Positions 26,742 through 35,155 of a stretch of 53,621 nucleotides of DNA are shown one piece after another. Position numbers and translations under genes: made by a program. Every line of letters begins with the position of its first letter. Positions within the stretch are counted from its first letter, which is position 1. The stretch is from a virus. The stretch lies in the IMG/VR virus record IMGVR_UViG_3300036468_000001; one strand, written 5' to 3'. The notes under the pieces are model-generated. The model was not told the origin of the DNA and searched no databases. It worked only from the letters and a program-made list of their open reading frames with translations.

Positions 26742-27869
26742 TCATGCACTTCGTGCCTTGATTTCGGTCCACTCTTTGCCCCGTGAATCGCGGTACAGAG
26801 CCGTCATCTCGGCTGATTTGTGCCCCAGAAGCGCCTGGGCGAACTCGGCGCCGTACTCGTCAGCGTAGAGGCGGGCGGCTAGAGACCGGATCTCATGAAA
26901 CGTCGGCGGAGTCTTGCCCGGATCGACCGCAATCTTTGCCTGGTCACGGAAAGTTGCAAAAACGTCTGAAAAGCTGACCACATGAGGGCTTCCGCCTGGT
27001 CTTGCTGTGCCAACATGCCGCAGGTGATGGATCACGTGCTTGGAGACGATGTTGTCGCGGCATTCCCGTATTACATCGCCGATCGTCAGGCCATCCAGCG
27101 CCTTCAGGCCGACGGTCAGAGGGATTTTCAATCTCGTCCGGCCCTGACTCTTTTTCTGTTCGACGTAGAGGAACCCGTCCTTCACGTGGTCGAACAGCAT
27201 GCTTTTTACATCCTCCCGGCGCTGCGCCGTGACCAGTGCCAACATGAAGGCGCGGGCGGCCCAACCCATCAGCGGATCCTTTCTGGCCTCCGCAACGACC
27301 TTCCAGAAGTCCTCGAGGGTCAATCTTGAACGCAGGACATCTCCTTTCGTTCTCTTTACGGACGAAACCGGATTCTTTCCGGCCTCAATCAAACCCTCTC
27401 CAATCGCCTCGTTGAAGAGGTCGACCAGACGGCTGCGCATCTGCACGGCGTAGGTGTCACTCACCTCCGCGGCGAGCTTCTTCAGAAAGTCCCTGATATC
27501 CCTCGGCGTCACGACATTGACGCGCTGCGCCGCGAAAGGCGCGCGTTTGATGGCCTTCAGGTAGCTGCTGACGGTCGAGCGGGAACCTTCGTTTTCCGTC
27601 CTCTTGGCATAGATAGCCTCGTACTCATCACACCACTGGGAGACGGTCTTCATGCCGCCGTCGATCTTATTAATGAGCGCAACTGCTCCCTTGCGGCGCT
27701 CCAGCTCGGCGTTCGCGGCGCGAGCCTCTGATGAAGCGACCTTGAAGTCGCGCCCCAGACCATACGTCGCCTTGGTTTCCGGGTGCCGGAACCAGTAATA
27801 GCCCTTGGAGTTCTTATACAAGTTGTCGGGCCAGTTACGGCGCGCCGCGATTCGTCGTCTAGCTGCCAT
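26742..27869 (-). CDS. int: tyrosine integrase, lambda Int-like
   Basis: HEIRSLAARLY...LLGHKSAEMTALYRDSRGKEWTEI closely parallels the lambda Int C-terminus. AAGGA RBS. Confidence 0.9.
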   Translation of the reverse strand: MAARRRIAARRNWPDNLYKNSKGYYWFRHPETKATYGLGRDFKVASSEARAANAELERRKGAVALINKIDGGMKTVSQWCDEYEAIYAKRTENEGSRSTVSSYLKAIKRAPFAAQRVNVVTPRDIRDFLKKLAAEVSDTYAVQMRSRLVDLFNEAIGEGLIEAGKNPVSSVKRTKGDVLRSRLTLEDFWKVVAEARKDPLMGWAARAFMLALVTAQRREDVKSMLFDHVKDGFLYVEQKKSQGRTRLKIPLTVGLKALDGLTIGDVIRECRDNIVSKHVIHHLRHVGTARPGGSPHVVSFSDVFATFRDQAKIAVDPGKTPPTFHEIRSLAARLYADEYGAEFAQALLGHKSAEMTALYRDSRGKEWTEIKARSA

Positions 27870-28080
27870 TTGCCATCCTTTCGATACGATCGGCAACCGG
27901 GTCGAAATACTCCGCGTCTGGACGGCAGAAATACTCGCGTCCGACCTTACGGGGTACCGGACGGATCCGCCCGTTGCGTATCCAGTTGAGCAGGGTATTG
28001 CGGTGAGGTTTGTGCTCGCCGAACACATTTTCCGCCCATGACGAGAGTGGTATCAGTTGCGCTGCCATTTCACACCCCAT
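27859..28080 (-). CDS. xis: excisionase
   Basis: NTLLNWIRNGRIRPVPRKVGREYF resembles lambda Xis ETVRRWVRECRIFPPPVKDGREYL. Overlaps the int start. An alternative start lies at 28068. Confidence 0.7.
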   Translation of the reverse strand: MGCEMAAQLIPLSSWAENVFGEHKPHRNTLLNWIRNGRIRPVPRKVGREYFCRPDAEYFDPVADRIERMANGS

Positions 28081-28120
28081 GCGTTGCGTGTCGTTTCGAT
28101 GATTCGTGATGCGGCTTCGG

Positions 28121-28393
28121 TCACTTCATCCCCAACAATTCCAGAATCAACCGCTCCACCTCGCGCACATCTTCCTCCGATGCCTGCCCGACGAGACCGT
28201 TGGCGATCAGGGCGGCGGTGGCTTCGATGGCTGAGGGTGTCGGTGTTTCACTGAGAGCCGCGCGGCGGGATGCTTGCCAGACGGCCCAGCCGAATTCGAG
28301 AATCCACTGATCCCAGCCATGAAAATAGATTGGCCCCTTGAAGTCCTTCTTCCATGCGACGTAATCGGCCCATTGTTTCTCGCGGTCGCTCAT
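28121..28393 (-). CDS. hypothetical protein
   Basis: ATGA overlap with the upstream gene. 90 aa. Confidence 0.55.
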   Translation of the reverse strand: MSDREKQWADYVAWKKDFKGPIYFHGWDQWILEFGWAVWQASRRAALSETPTPSAIEATAALIANGLVGQASEEDVREVERLILELLGMK

Positions 28394-29388
28394 TTCGCGT
28401 CTCCGCTTGCTGGTTGAGCGGCGGTCAGGGCGCGGATCGCATCGCGCGCATCATCCGTGAGTACTGTTGGGGCGGCGAGCCGGGCATGGATTGCCCGCAG
28501 ATCGTCGTCGGTCGGCTCACGCATCAGCAGCAATAGCAGTGCACAAGGGTTATCCGCCATGCGGCTGATACCGTGGACTTTCGGCAATGCCACCGCCTCC
28601 GCACCCTGCGCCACATTGGTGGAAGTTGATGCGGCGCGGGCGAGCTTGAGGCCAAACCGGTAACCCTCCCATGCGGACTGAGTTTCGGGGCAATCGTAAG
28701 AACTGCCGTGCCGGTCTACACTTAATTGCTGGTCTTCAGCCCACACCTCGAATGCCGCGCGATCGTCCTGCTCGACCGAGGGTGCGGTAGTAGCTATACA
28801 CTCGCTGCATTGGAAGTGCGAATAGACTTCGCGGAGCGCCGACACGAAGTTTGGATATGCCGCCGTGTCCCAGCATTCCGGGTAGTGGATTGCCTGCGCA
28901 ATATCGCCAGCGAAAGGAATTTCTGCGGCAGGCTTGTTTGCATCCTTGTCGAGAGGGGCAAGGTAATCTCCCCCACTCTTGAGGCGGTTCAGAAGAACGT
29001 CCATTGGATCGCATGGATCGACAACGACAGGCACTGCGGTAAGAGTGGTGATAATCGAATCAGCCAGTTCAAATGAATCGACGCTGCCGTCGTGGGCTTT
29101 GTGCTCATCGATCAGGATTGCCCATTTCATTCGATCAGCCACCGCCTCTCTATCGACAGCGGCAGGCTGGGTGGCGGATAGCAGGGCGCGCAATCGGTCG
29201 ACAAGATGCGCGAGTGATTTTTCTCGTTTCGCAAACCACGCGGCTTCGTCGAAGTTCTTTCCGGGATGCTCAAAGTTGTAGCCTTCGCCACTGGCCGCCC
29301 ATCCGCTTGCATATGCAGTGCGCAACACGTCGAGAATCTGTTCATCAGTCACAGTCACTTCTCCATCGGGATTTGTGGGGTGGGTCAT
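28390..29388 (-). CDS. hypothetical protein
   Basis: 332-aa ORF with ATGA overlaps at both ends. Confidence 0.65.
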   Translation of the reverse strand: MTHPTNPDGEVTVTDEQILDVLRTAYASGWAASGEGYNFEHPGKNFDEAAWFAKREKSLAHLVDRLRALLSATQPAAVDREAVADRMKWAILIDEHKAHDGSVDSFELADSIITTLTAVPVVVDPCDPMDVLLNRLKSGGDYLAPLDKDANKPAAEIPFAGDIAQAIHYPECWDTAAYPNFVSALREVYSHFQCSECIATTAPSVEQDDRAAFEVWAEDQQLSVDRHGSSYDCPETQSAWEGYRFGLKLARAASTSTNVAQGAEAVALPKVHGISRMADNPCALLLLLMREPTDDDLRAIHARLAAPTVLTDDARDAIRALTAAQPASGDAK

Positions 29389-29789
29389 GGTGTGGTCTTT
29401 GCATGCATCTGGCGAAGCGTTTCGGCAACTTCGGCGGGTACGTCAAAGAAACTCAGCAGCCCTTTGCAACGCACGAATGGCAGCGGCTTGGCATCGGCGA
29501 GCACGAACCCATACTTTCCGTTGAACCATTTAGACTCGCTTTCGGTGACGCAATCGACGATGGTTGCAACGCCCACGATGCCGCCGATCATCTCCTCGCG
29601 TTCCGGATACGACCCGTAGTAGCGACGGTAGGCAACGGCATCGTCGGCATAGTCTCGCTTTGGATATGTAACGCCCGCATGGATCAGAACGCGGCCACGA
29701 AACTTGGTCGGCCAGTCGCGGTTCTCAATGTCTTTATGTCCGTTGACAATCAGCCACGCATAGGGCTGACGGATAGAGAGTGCTTTCAC
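29385..29789 (-). CDS. ASCH domain protein
   Basis: GTG start in a GTGA overlap. KALSIRQPYAWLIVNGHKDIENRDWPTKFRGRVLIHA is the typical ASCH N-terminus. Confidence 0.65.
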   Translation of the reverse strand: MKALSIRQPYAWLIVNGHKDIENRDWPTKFRGRVLIHAGVTYPKRDYADDAVAYRRYYGSYPEREEMIGGIVGVATIVDCVTESESKWFNGKYGFVLADAKPLPFVRCKGLLSFFDVPAEVAETLRQMHAKTTP

Positions 29790-30115
29790 GATACCTTCTC
29801 CCCGCCAGATGCAGCGGCAATCTGTTCTTCGGAGCCGCCGTGCGCATTGATAATTGCGCGTGCTTGCTCCACGGTTAGGCCGCTCACAATATGGCCTTGC
29901 GGGCCGTGCAAAGCCACCAATTCCTCCTTCCAGTCTCCGCACGCCATATGCCATGTCGCCCGCACTTTGGAAGGGGCGAGAGCCTGAGCCTCTAGCAGCG
30001 CGTTGCGCATGCGCCATTTAAAATCGTGAGCATGCGCTTCGTCATAGGTGAACCACGCGTCGATCGCAGTTTCAATCTGCTCGTCGCTCGGCCCTGCGTC
30101 TTCATTAGTGGTCAT
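29786..30115 (-). CDS. hypothetical protein
   Basis: ATGA overlap at the start and GTGA overlap at the end. Confidence 0.55.
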   Translation of the reverse strand: MTTNEDAGPSDEQIETAIDAWFTYDEAHAHDFKWRMRNALLEAQALAPSKVRATWHMACGDWKEELVALHGPQGHIVSGLTVEQARAIINAHGGSEEQIAAASGGEKVS

Positions 30116-30387
30116 GCGAAAAGCTCCAGTTGACTCGCGTCTATCAATCGGTCTTTGGTCCATACCGACCGTCCGTCCAAGGTGTGTCCGTTAAGCCAGT
30201 AGGTCCGGCCTTTCTCATGGCGCTCCACGCCGATTACAGTCAGGTGGTAGTGAGGCTTCGACGGGCGTTCCAGACCGTTGATCATGTCGAGGTACTTGAC
30301 GCACGTGCACGGACCATCGATCTCTTTCACGATGTACGGGCCCGTGCCGTAGGTCGTACGCACGCAGGCGCCTATCCGGACCAGCAT
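30112..30387 (-). CDS. hypothetical protein
   Basis: 91 aa. Starts 5 nt after the upstream stop. Confidence 0.5.
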   Translation of the reverse strand: MLVRIGACVRTTYGTGPYIVKEIDGPCTCVKYLDMINGLERPSKPHYHLTVIGVERHEKGRTYWLNGHTLDGRSVWTKDRLIDASQLELFA

Positions 30388-30391
30388 GGCG

Positions 30392-30676
30392 TCAACCTTT
30401 GAGCCGATGCACGAAGCCGGTCGGCGTTTTCTCGATTGTCGAATTACTTCCTGCAAGCAGGCGGTCCGGATCGGAGTTCAGTGGTGAGATGAAAAGCGAA
30501 TCTCCGCTCGCACCCGTGGCCTTGATGTAATCGACTTCGACCTTGGCGCTATCGACCAGCACACTGGCCACCTGAGCGACGGCTCGGGCGCGTTCAACGT
30601 CCATCGGCTTCTCGCGATCGCGAAGATCGGCGAGCGTTTTCATCAGGTGTTCGCGCATATCGGTAATGGTGCTCAT
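30392..30676 (-). CDS. hypothetical protein
   Basis: ATGA overlap with the upstream gene. 94 aa. Confidence 0.55.
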   Translation of the reverse strand: MSTITDMREHLMKTLADLRDREKPMDVERARAVAQVASVLVDSAKVEVDYIKATGASGDSLFISPLNSDPDRLLAGSNSTIEKTPTGFVHRLKG

Positions 30677-31383
30677 GACTCTTGCTCCTTCGCCTCGCGG
30701 GCGATTCGGTTGACCTGTCTGGTGATTGCGCCCTTGAGTTGGACCAGCTTGGCAAGCTCCGGCGAGCGCGACCGGGGATGATTGCGACGTGCGAGCTCGC
30801 CGCGGTGCACGAGCTCGAGCGCGTCGAGCGTGATCTTTTCGAGTTCCGCCGTGCGCCGGCCGGGCAGGAAGCAGACCACATGGCCTTTCGGGATCGGACC
30901 GTTCGCGGCTTCCCACACCAGACGGTGCACGCCAACCCAACGTCGCGCCGGCACCGGGTGGTCGTCGTTCGTTTTCTGCTCGAGGTAGCCGTCTTTGCTG
31001 ATTCGATACGATCCGATCGGCACGTAGTTGTGCTGCGCCGCGCCGCTCATCGAGCCTTTCTTGAACTGTGTACGACGAGAATTCGGATGAGTGCCGCAGA
31101 TACCCTTGACACCTTTATTCCATGACGTCTGGCCTGACTTGAACCGCGTCGAGCCTCCACGCTGGCCATCTGTACGGCCCGCGAGCGGTCCCGCAAGATA
31201 GGCTTCAGACTTGCGCAAGCCCATTCCGAGTGCTTTCTGGTAGACGCGCCCGACACTTAGACCCATTGACGCGGCCAGAGTCGGCGTGTGCGCATCTGGA
31301 TACTCAAGCGTCAGACGTTCCTTTTCTGCTTCGGTCCACTTGTGGCGGGGCGCGGTAGTCGATCCGGGTTTGCGCTTCGTCAT
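30673..31383 (-). CDS. HNH_3-like homing-endonuclease-type DNA-binding protein (catalytic motif possibly degenerate)
   Basis: GYLEQK...WVGVHRLVWEAANGPIPKGHVV pattern. ATGA overlap with the DUF1643 gene. Confidence 0.5.
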   Translation of the reverse strand: MTKRKPGSTTAPRHKWTEAEKERLTLEYPDAHTPTLAASMGLSVGRVYQKALGMGLRKSEAYLAGPLAGRTDGQRGGSTRFKSGQTSWNKGVKGICGTHPNSRRTQFKKGSMSGAAQHNYVPIGSYRISKDGYLEQKTNDDHPVPARRWVGVHRLVWEAANGPIPKGHVVCFLPGRRTAELEKITLDALELVHRGELARRNHPRSRSPELAKLVQLKGAITRQVNRIAREAKEQES

Positions 31384-31865
31384 GCTGCCCACTCCATGAG
31401 TTGAGTGTCATACCCGAGCATCAGCGGATGCTTCGGGTCACCTCCCTTTGTGAAGCCGAATATCTTCACTGGCTTGCCGGCGCCGAGAATGCGATGCGCC
31501 AGCGTGTCGAGATGTGGCCGCAGCGCCGCGGGCAACTTCGTGCGATCTCCCCAGCACGGGACAAGCAGGTCCGCGTCCGCGATGATCTGGCCAAGATGCA
31601 TGTCGTTGAATGGGCCGACCGGATCGAGAACTCGCGAGAGCTCGCGAACGTCGCGCGCACGGTATGCGAACGGGTTGCCGGCGACGTACTTGCGCGCGCC
31701 GAGCAAACGCCCGAAGCCGCGCCACTTCATGTCGGTCTGGTCCGGGATGATCGAATCCGCCCACGACGGATTAACGCCAAAGAACGCGACCACGATTCCG
31801 ACAAGCTGCAACTCGCGCTCGAGGCGGTACCGGTATGTGCCACATTCGCTGATGATCGCGGTCAT
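31380..31865 (-). CDS. DUF1643 family protein
   Basis: CGTYRYRLER...FFGVNPSWAD...GNPFAYRA...PCWGD...GDPKHPL matches the DUF1643 pattern as I recall it. ATGA overlap with the RT stop. Confidence 0.65.
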   Translation of the reverse strand: MTAIISECGTYRYRLERELQLVGIVVAFFGVNPSWADSIIPDQTDMKWRGFGRLLGARKYVAGNPFAYRARDVRELSRVLDPVGPFNDMHLGQIIADADLLVPCWGDRTKLPAALRPHLDTLAHRILGAGKPVKIFGFTKGGDPKHPLMLGYDTQLMEWAA

Positions 31866-33187
31866 TGTTTGACCTTCGTGCGGTATGTCTGCGTGAACGT
31901 CCTGTTGACGACGTGTCCTCGGTACCGAACGACGTTCGCGATTCGAGCGCGATCGTGATGGCTCGCCGGCGCCTGACCGAGCAAGCCGAAATAGCTGTTA
32001 GCGACAGGCAGGAAGTCTCCTTCATTGACCTGCGCCACGCGGCGAATTGCTTCGTTCACAGTGCGGCGGCGCGTCGTGCGGGACCATGGCTTGATCACGT
32101 GGCCGACGAAGTCCACGCCGCGCGCGATCGGCTGAAGCACGGTTTTCTTCGGATTGAGCCGAACACCGAGGCGCGCCGGCAGGAAAGCGTCGACCTCGGC
32201 CAGCACCGCGTTTAGCCAGTCGGCAGACGGGTGCAGGAACAGGAAATCGTCCACATAGCGCACGTAGTAACGCGCGCCGAGCTGGTGTTTTGAGCGCTGG
32301 TCGAGCACGTCGAGATAGACGTTGGCGAAGAACTGTGACGACAGGTTGCCGATCGGCAGGCCGAGATGATCCGGCTGGCTAGTCAGGCGCTTGTGCGGCG
32401 GCACACGATCAATCAGCACCGGGTCGCCGCGGAACTCGAAGTTGGTTCGCGGATCGTGCATAAGCACGGTGTCGGTCAGATTCATCCACCACGCTTCATT
32501 GATCTTGCGAGCGAGCAGCTCGCGCAGCTTCAGTTTGTCGATGCTGACGAAGAAATTCGCAATGTCGCACTTCAGGTAGTAAGCCGGCCGAGACCAGTTC
32601 TGCGTAATGCTCCGGATCATCGCCTCGAGCTGCTCTGCGGCATAGAGCGTGCCGCGACCAGGAATGCATGCGCAACTATTGGCGATGAAAGAGTTTTCGA
32701 AGCGCGCCGCGATGCGGTTGTAAAGCAGGTGGTGAACGACGCGATCGCGAAAGTCCGCCGCCCACACTTCGCGCGCCTTCGGACGTGTCACGACGAAACA
32801 GATCGAGCGGCCCGGCTGATACGAGCCGTCGATCAGTTCGTCATGCAGCTGCGACAGGTTACGTTCGAGGTTCTGTTCGAATTCGAGTGCGTTTCGCGTG
32901 TTTCGCTTTGTGCGACGGCAGTCGAAGTACGCGAGAACGAGCTCTTCGAACGTGAGAGCCTCGCTTCCAGCATCGTAATAATCTGCGGACCGCGCGAACC
33001 CGGCCTTTGTTGTTCTTGTTGTTCGCATTCTGGTTGCCATTTGTGAAATTCTGGTACCAAGCGTTGTTGGCCGAGTACTGCGTTCATTCGCACTATCTAC
33101 GTCGCCAGGCCGAAGGCTATCGCCGATCGACGAGGAAACTGCACCAGACCGATCCCGGTTACTCCCGGTGGTATCTGTGATGTGCAT
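31862..33187 (-). CDS. DGR reverse transcriptase (start uncertain: 33187, 33040 or 33028; longest ORF begins at 33289)
   Basis: Carries the DGR-RT motifs PIGNLSSQFFANVYLD and YVRYVDDFLF. An AAGGA RBS precedes the ATG at 33187. There is no in-frame ATG/GTG/TTG between the TR and the conserved core. Confidence 0.85.
   Translation of the reverse strand: MHITDTTGSNRDRSGAVSSSIGDSLRPGDVDSANERSTRPTTLGTRISQMATRMRTTRTTKAGFARSADYYDAGSEALTFEELVLAYFDCRRTKRNTRNALEFEQNLERNLSQLHDELIDGSYQPGRSICFVVTRPKAREVWAADFRDRVVHHLLYNRIAARFENSFIANSCACIPGRGTLYAAEQLEAMIRSITQNWSRPAYYLKCDIANFFVSIDKLKLRELLARKINEAWWMNLTDTVLMHDPRTNFEFRGDPVLIDRVPPHKRLTSQPDHLGLPIGNLSSQFFANVYLDVLDQRSKHQLGARYYVRYVDDFLFLHPSADWLNAVLAEVDAFLPARLGVRLNPKKTVLQPIARGVDFVGHVIKPWSRTTRRRTVNEAIRRVAQVNEGDFLPVANSYFGLLGQAPASHHDRARIANVVRYRGHVVNRTFTQTYRTKVKQ
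32983..33083 (-). repeat. DGR template repeat (TR)
   Basis: A 101-nt ungapped match to three VRs, with all but one difference at TR adenines. It is AAC/AAT-rich in the VR frame, and an in-frame TGA lies just 5' of it. Confidence 0.9.
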
Positions 33188-33237
33188 GTCGGTATCCTTG
33201 TGAGATAGCGGTGCGACCAGATTAAATCGCATAGACC

Positions 33238-33609
33238 TCACCGCCTTGACGATGAAGTAACGAGCGACGATGCGGATTGCTTCTTCCATCCACCGGCCTG
33301 TTTGCCCACTTGTTCGGTTAGCGCGATCGCGGCCGCGTATTGCTTGGTCGCGATGAACCGCATGTCTCTGGACAACCTGAGCAGAAGATTGACCACTTCA
33401 AGACGCTCGAGCAGATCGTTCAGATGCGGTACCTTGTCCATTGCCGCATTGGCGCGAAAGATCAGCGTTACGATCTTCAGCGTCTCCGCTCGAATCTCTC
33501 CGCCGAGCGATTGCTTGAAATCGCGCGGCATATGGCGAGTCGATTCCGTGACCTCTCGGAAGAGGTCGTACGCGACCTTGTAAATGGGCAGGGCGGTGGT
33601 AATGGCCAT
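33238..33609 (-). CDS. avd: Avd-like accessory variability determinant (four-helix-bundle protein)
   Basis: 123 aa, basic and helical. LPIYKVAYDLFREV...MPRDFKQSLGGEIR resembles the Avd / 23S-rRNA-IVS protein family. It sits between the target gene and the TR. Confidence 0.8.
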   Translation of the reverse strand: MAITTALPIYKVAYDLFREVTESTRHMPRDFKQSLGGEIRAETLKIVTLIFRANAAMDKVPHLNDLLERLEVVNLLLRLSRDMRFIATKQYAAAIALTEQVGKQAGGWKKQSASSLVTSSSRR

Positions 33610-33625
33610 GGTTAATTTTTAAATT

Positions 33626-34213
33626 TCAAAAGTCCAATCTGCGGACCGCGCGAACCCGGCCTTTGTCGCTCTTGCCGCCCGCATCCTGGGTGCCACTCGT
33701 GAAATACTGGCACCAAGCGTCGCCGGCCGAGTACTGCGTAGACGTCCAGTGCCACTCTCGGATGAACAGGTCAGGAACGTTCGCGTAAAGCACCGCGCTT
33801 TCTCGCTTCGAGGGTACGTAATAGTCACGGTGACATTCGAACTCCACCTCGCTGCACTTGCGAGCTGCAGGATGATCGCCGGTGGCAATCAGTGCCTGCG
33901 TGTTTGCGTATCCGTCGAACTCGTCCTTGGCGCCCGGCACGTCAACGCCGTAGCCTCCCCACTCCACGTCGCCGAAGGCGCCGATCGTGTCGGGGGAGAT
34001 GATCAACCAGTACGGCCGGCCATCGGCATGCCGCGCGAGGCCACCATTGAACCCGCCTTGGCCGGGCCAAACTTCACCGATACGCGGAACGCTGCGCACA
34101 GCTTCTTCGGTACGGCCCATGACCTTGTCGAGCCATGCGTTGATGGCAACATCCTTGGGCACGCTCAGCTTGCCGCCGTGGAACGGAACTTCGATTTCGC
34201 TTGTGTTGCTCAT
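33626..34213 (-). CDS. DGR variable protein 1 (DUF1566 / C-type-lectin-fold-like C-terminus)
   Basis: GGAGA RBS. The C-terminus WHWTSTQYSAGDAWCQYFTSGTQDAGGKSDKGRVRAVRRLDF contains VR1. Confidence 0.85.
   Translation of the reverse strand: MSNTSEIEVPFHGGKLSVPKDVAINAWLDKVMGRTEEAVRSVPRIGEVWPGQGGFNGGLARHADGRPYWLIISPDTIGAFGDVEWGGYGVDVPGAKDEFDGYANTQALIATGDHPAARKCSEVEFECHRDYYVPSKRESAVLYANVPDLFIREWHWTSTQYSAGDAWCQYFTSGTQDAGGKSDKGRVRAVRRLDF
33639..33739 (-). repeat. DGR variable repeat VR1
   Basis: 15 mismatches to the TR, all at TR adenines. Confidence 0.9.
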
Positions 34214-34275
34214 TGATGCTTTCTCCAATGGTTCGATGCGATCGGTCGTGATGCGCCTTCGAAATGATTGAATTT

Positions 34276-34896
34276 CTAAATTTTGACTCTGCGGACCGCG
34301 CGAAGCCGGCCTTTGCCGTCCTTGCCGTCCGCACCCTGGTAGCCATCTGCGAAACCCTGGTACCAAGCGCTGAGGGCCGAGTACTGCGTGCTTGTCCAAT
34401 ACCACTCGTCGGCGAAGGACTCTGCGCCGCCTTCACGGAACAGTTCGACGGGCGTCTGGCCCGGCAGGTGGATCGAATACGGATAGCCGACCGGCAGACT
34501 GCTCGGGTTGTCGCCGCTGCGGTAGACGTAGTTCTCTTCGGTGGTCGGCTTGAAGCCGCGGTAGAGCAGCTCGACCTGATCGCGCGCGCCGATGTGCCAG
34601 TCGTCGAAACCGCCGATACGCAGCTCGAGCACCTGTTGTGCGATCTCGCTGCCGGCCTCGGCCATCGCCTTGGTATTGGCGAGTCCGTCGAAGAAACTGT
34701 CGGCTCCCTCGATCAGCTTGTAATCGGGATGCCAGATGACCGGACCGAGATCGCCTTCGTTCTTCGGCGCGACGACTTGTGCGAACACGTCACCGTTGAA
34801 GGTGATGATGCCGGCGAAGTAACCGCCTTCCCACGGCGTGCCGAAAACGGTCGGAACTTCCTGCTTTGCCAGTGGCAGATTTGAGATTGCGTTCAT
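34276..34896 (-). CDS. DGR variable protein 2 (paralog of variable protein 1)
   Basis: GGAG RBS. The C-terminus WYWTSTQYSALSAWYQGFADGYQGADGKDGKGRLRAVRRVKI contains VR2. Confidence 0.85.
   Translation of the reverse strand: MNAISNLPLAKQEVPTVFGTPWEGGYFAGIITFNGDVFAQVVAPKNEGDLGPVIWHPDYKLIEGADSFFDGLANTKAMAEAGSEIAQQVLELRIGGFDDWHIGARDQVELLYRGFKPTTEENYVYRSGDNPSSLPVGYPYSIHLPGQTPVELFREGGAESFADEWYWTSTQYSALSAWYQGFADGYQGADGKDGKGRLRAVRRVKI
34289..34389 (-). repeat. DGR variable repeat VR2
   Basis: 16 mismatches at TR adenines, plus one C/G difference in the GC-rich 3' end. Confidence 0.9.
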
Positions 34897-34966
34897 AGAT
34901 GCTCCAGAATGATTTCGAAAAAGAGCGGCCGGGACAGCGCCGCTTTCAACACACGCCACGCGGGGG

Positions 34967-35155
34967 TCAGCGTGACGTCCCACCCAGTTGCGCGTCGAGC
35001 GCGCGAATCCTCTTCACAACACGTTCGGGCAACGCAAGCGCCTGACCGCCATGCAAGGCAGCGAAAGCGGGCCGCAGAATTTCGCGATCGCTCGGCGGAA
35101 TGTCGGCGTGTTCCAGCCGGGCCAGTGCGCGGAAAATAGGTTCGTCGGTCGTCAT
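34967..35155 (-). CDS. hypothetical protein
   Basis: ATGA overlap with the upstream gene. 62 aa. Confidence 0.5.
   Translation of the reverse strand: MTTDEPIFRALARLEHADIPPSDREILRPAFAALHGGQALALPERVVKRIRALDAQLGGTSR

Noticed and set aside
33619-34436. Off-frame ORFs and N-terminal ORF extensions that share peptides such as ...TKAGFARSAD / AKAGFARSAE (33619-33888, 34074-34436, and the 5' parts of 33626-34405 and 34276-34983). They could be mistaken for a repeated protein family.
   Set aside because: The shared peptides are the TR/VR nucleotide repeat read in a different frame. The real genes start at RBS-preceded ATGs (34213 and 34896) downstream of the neighbouring VR.
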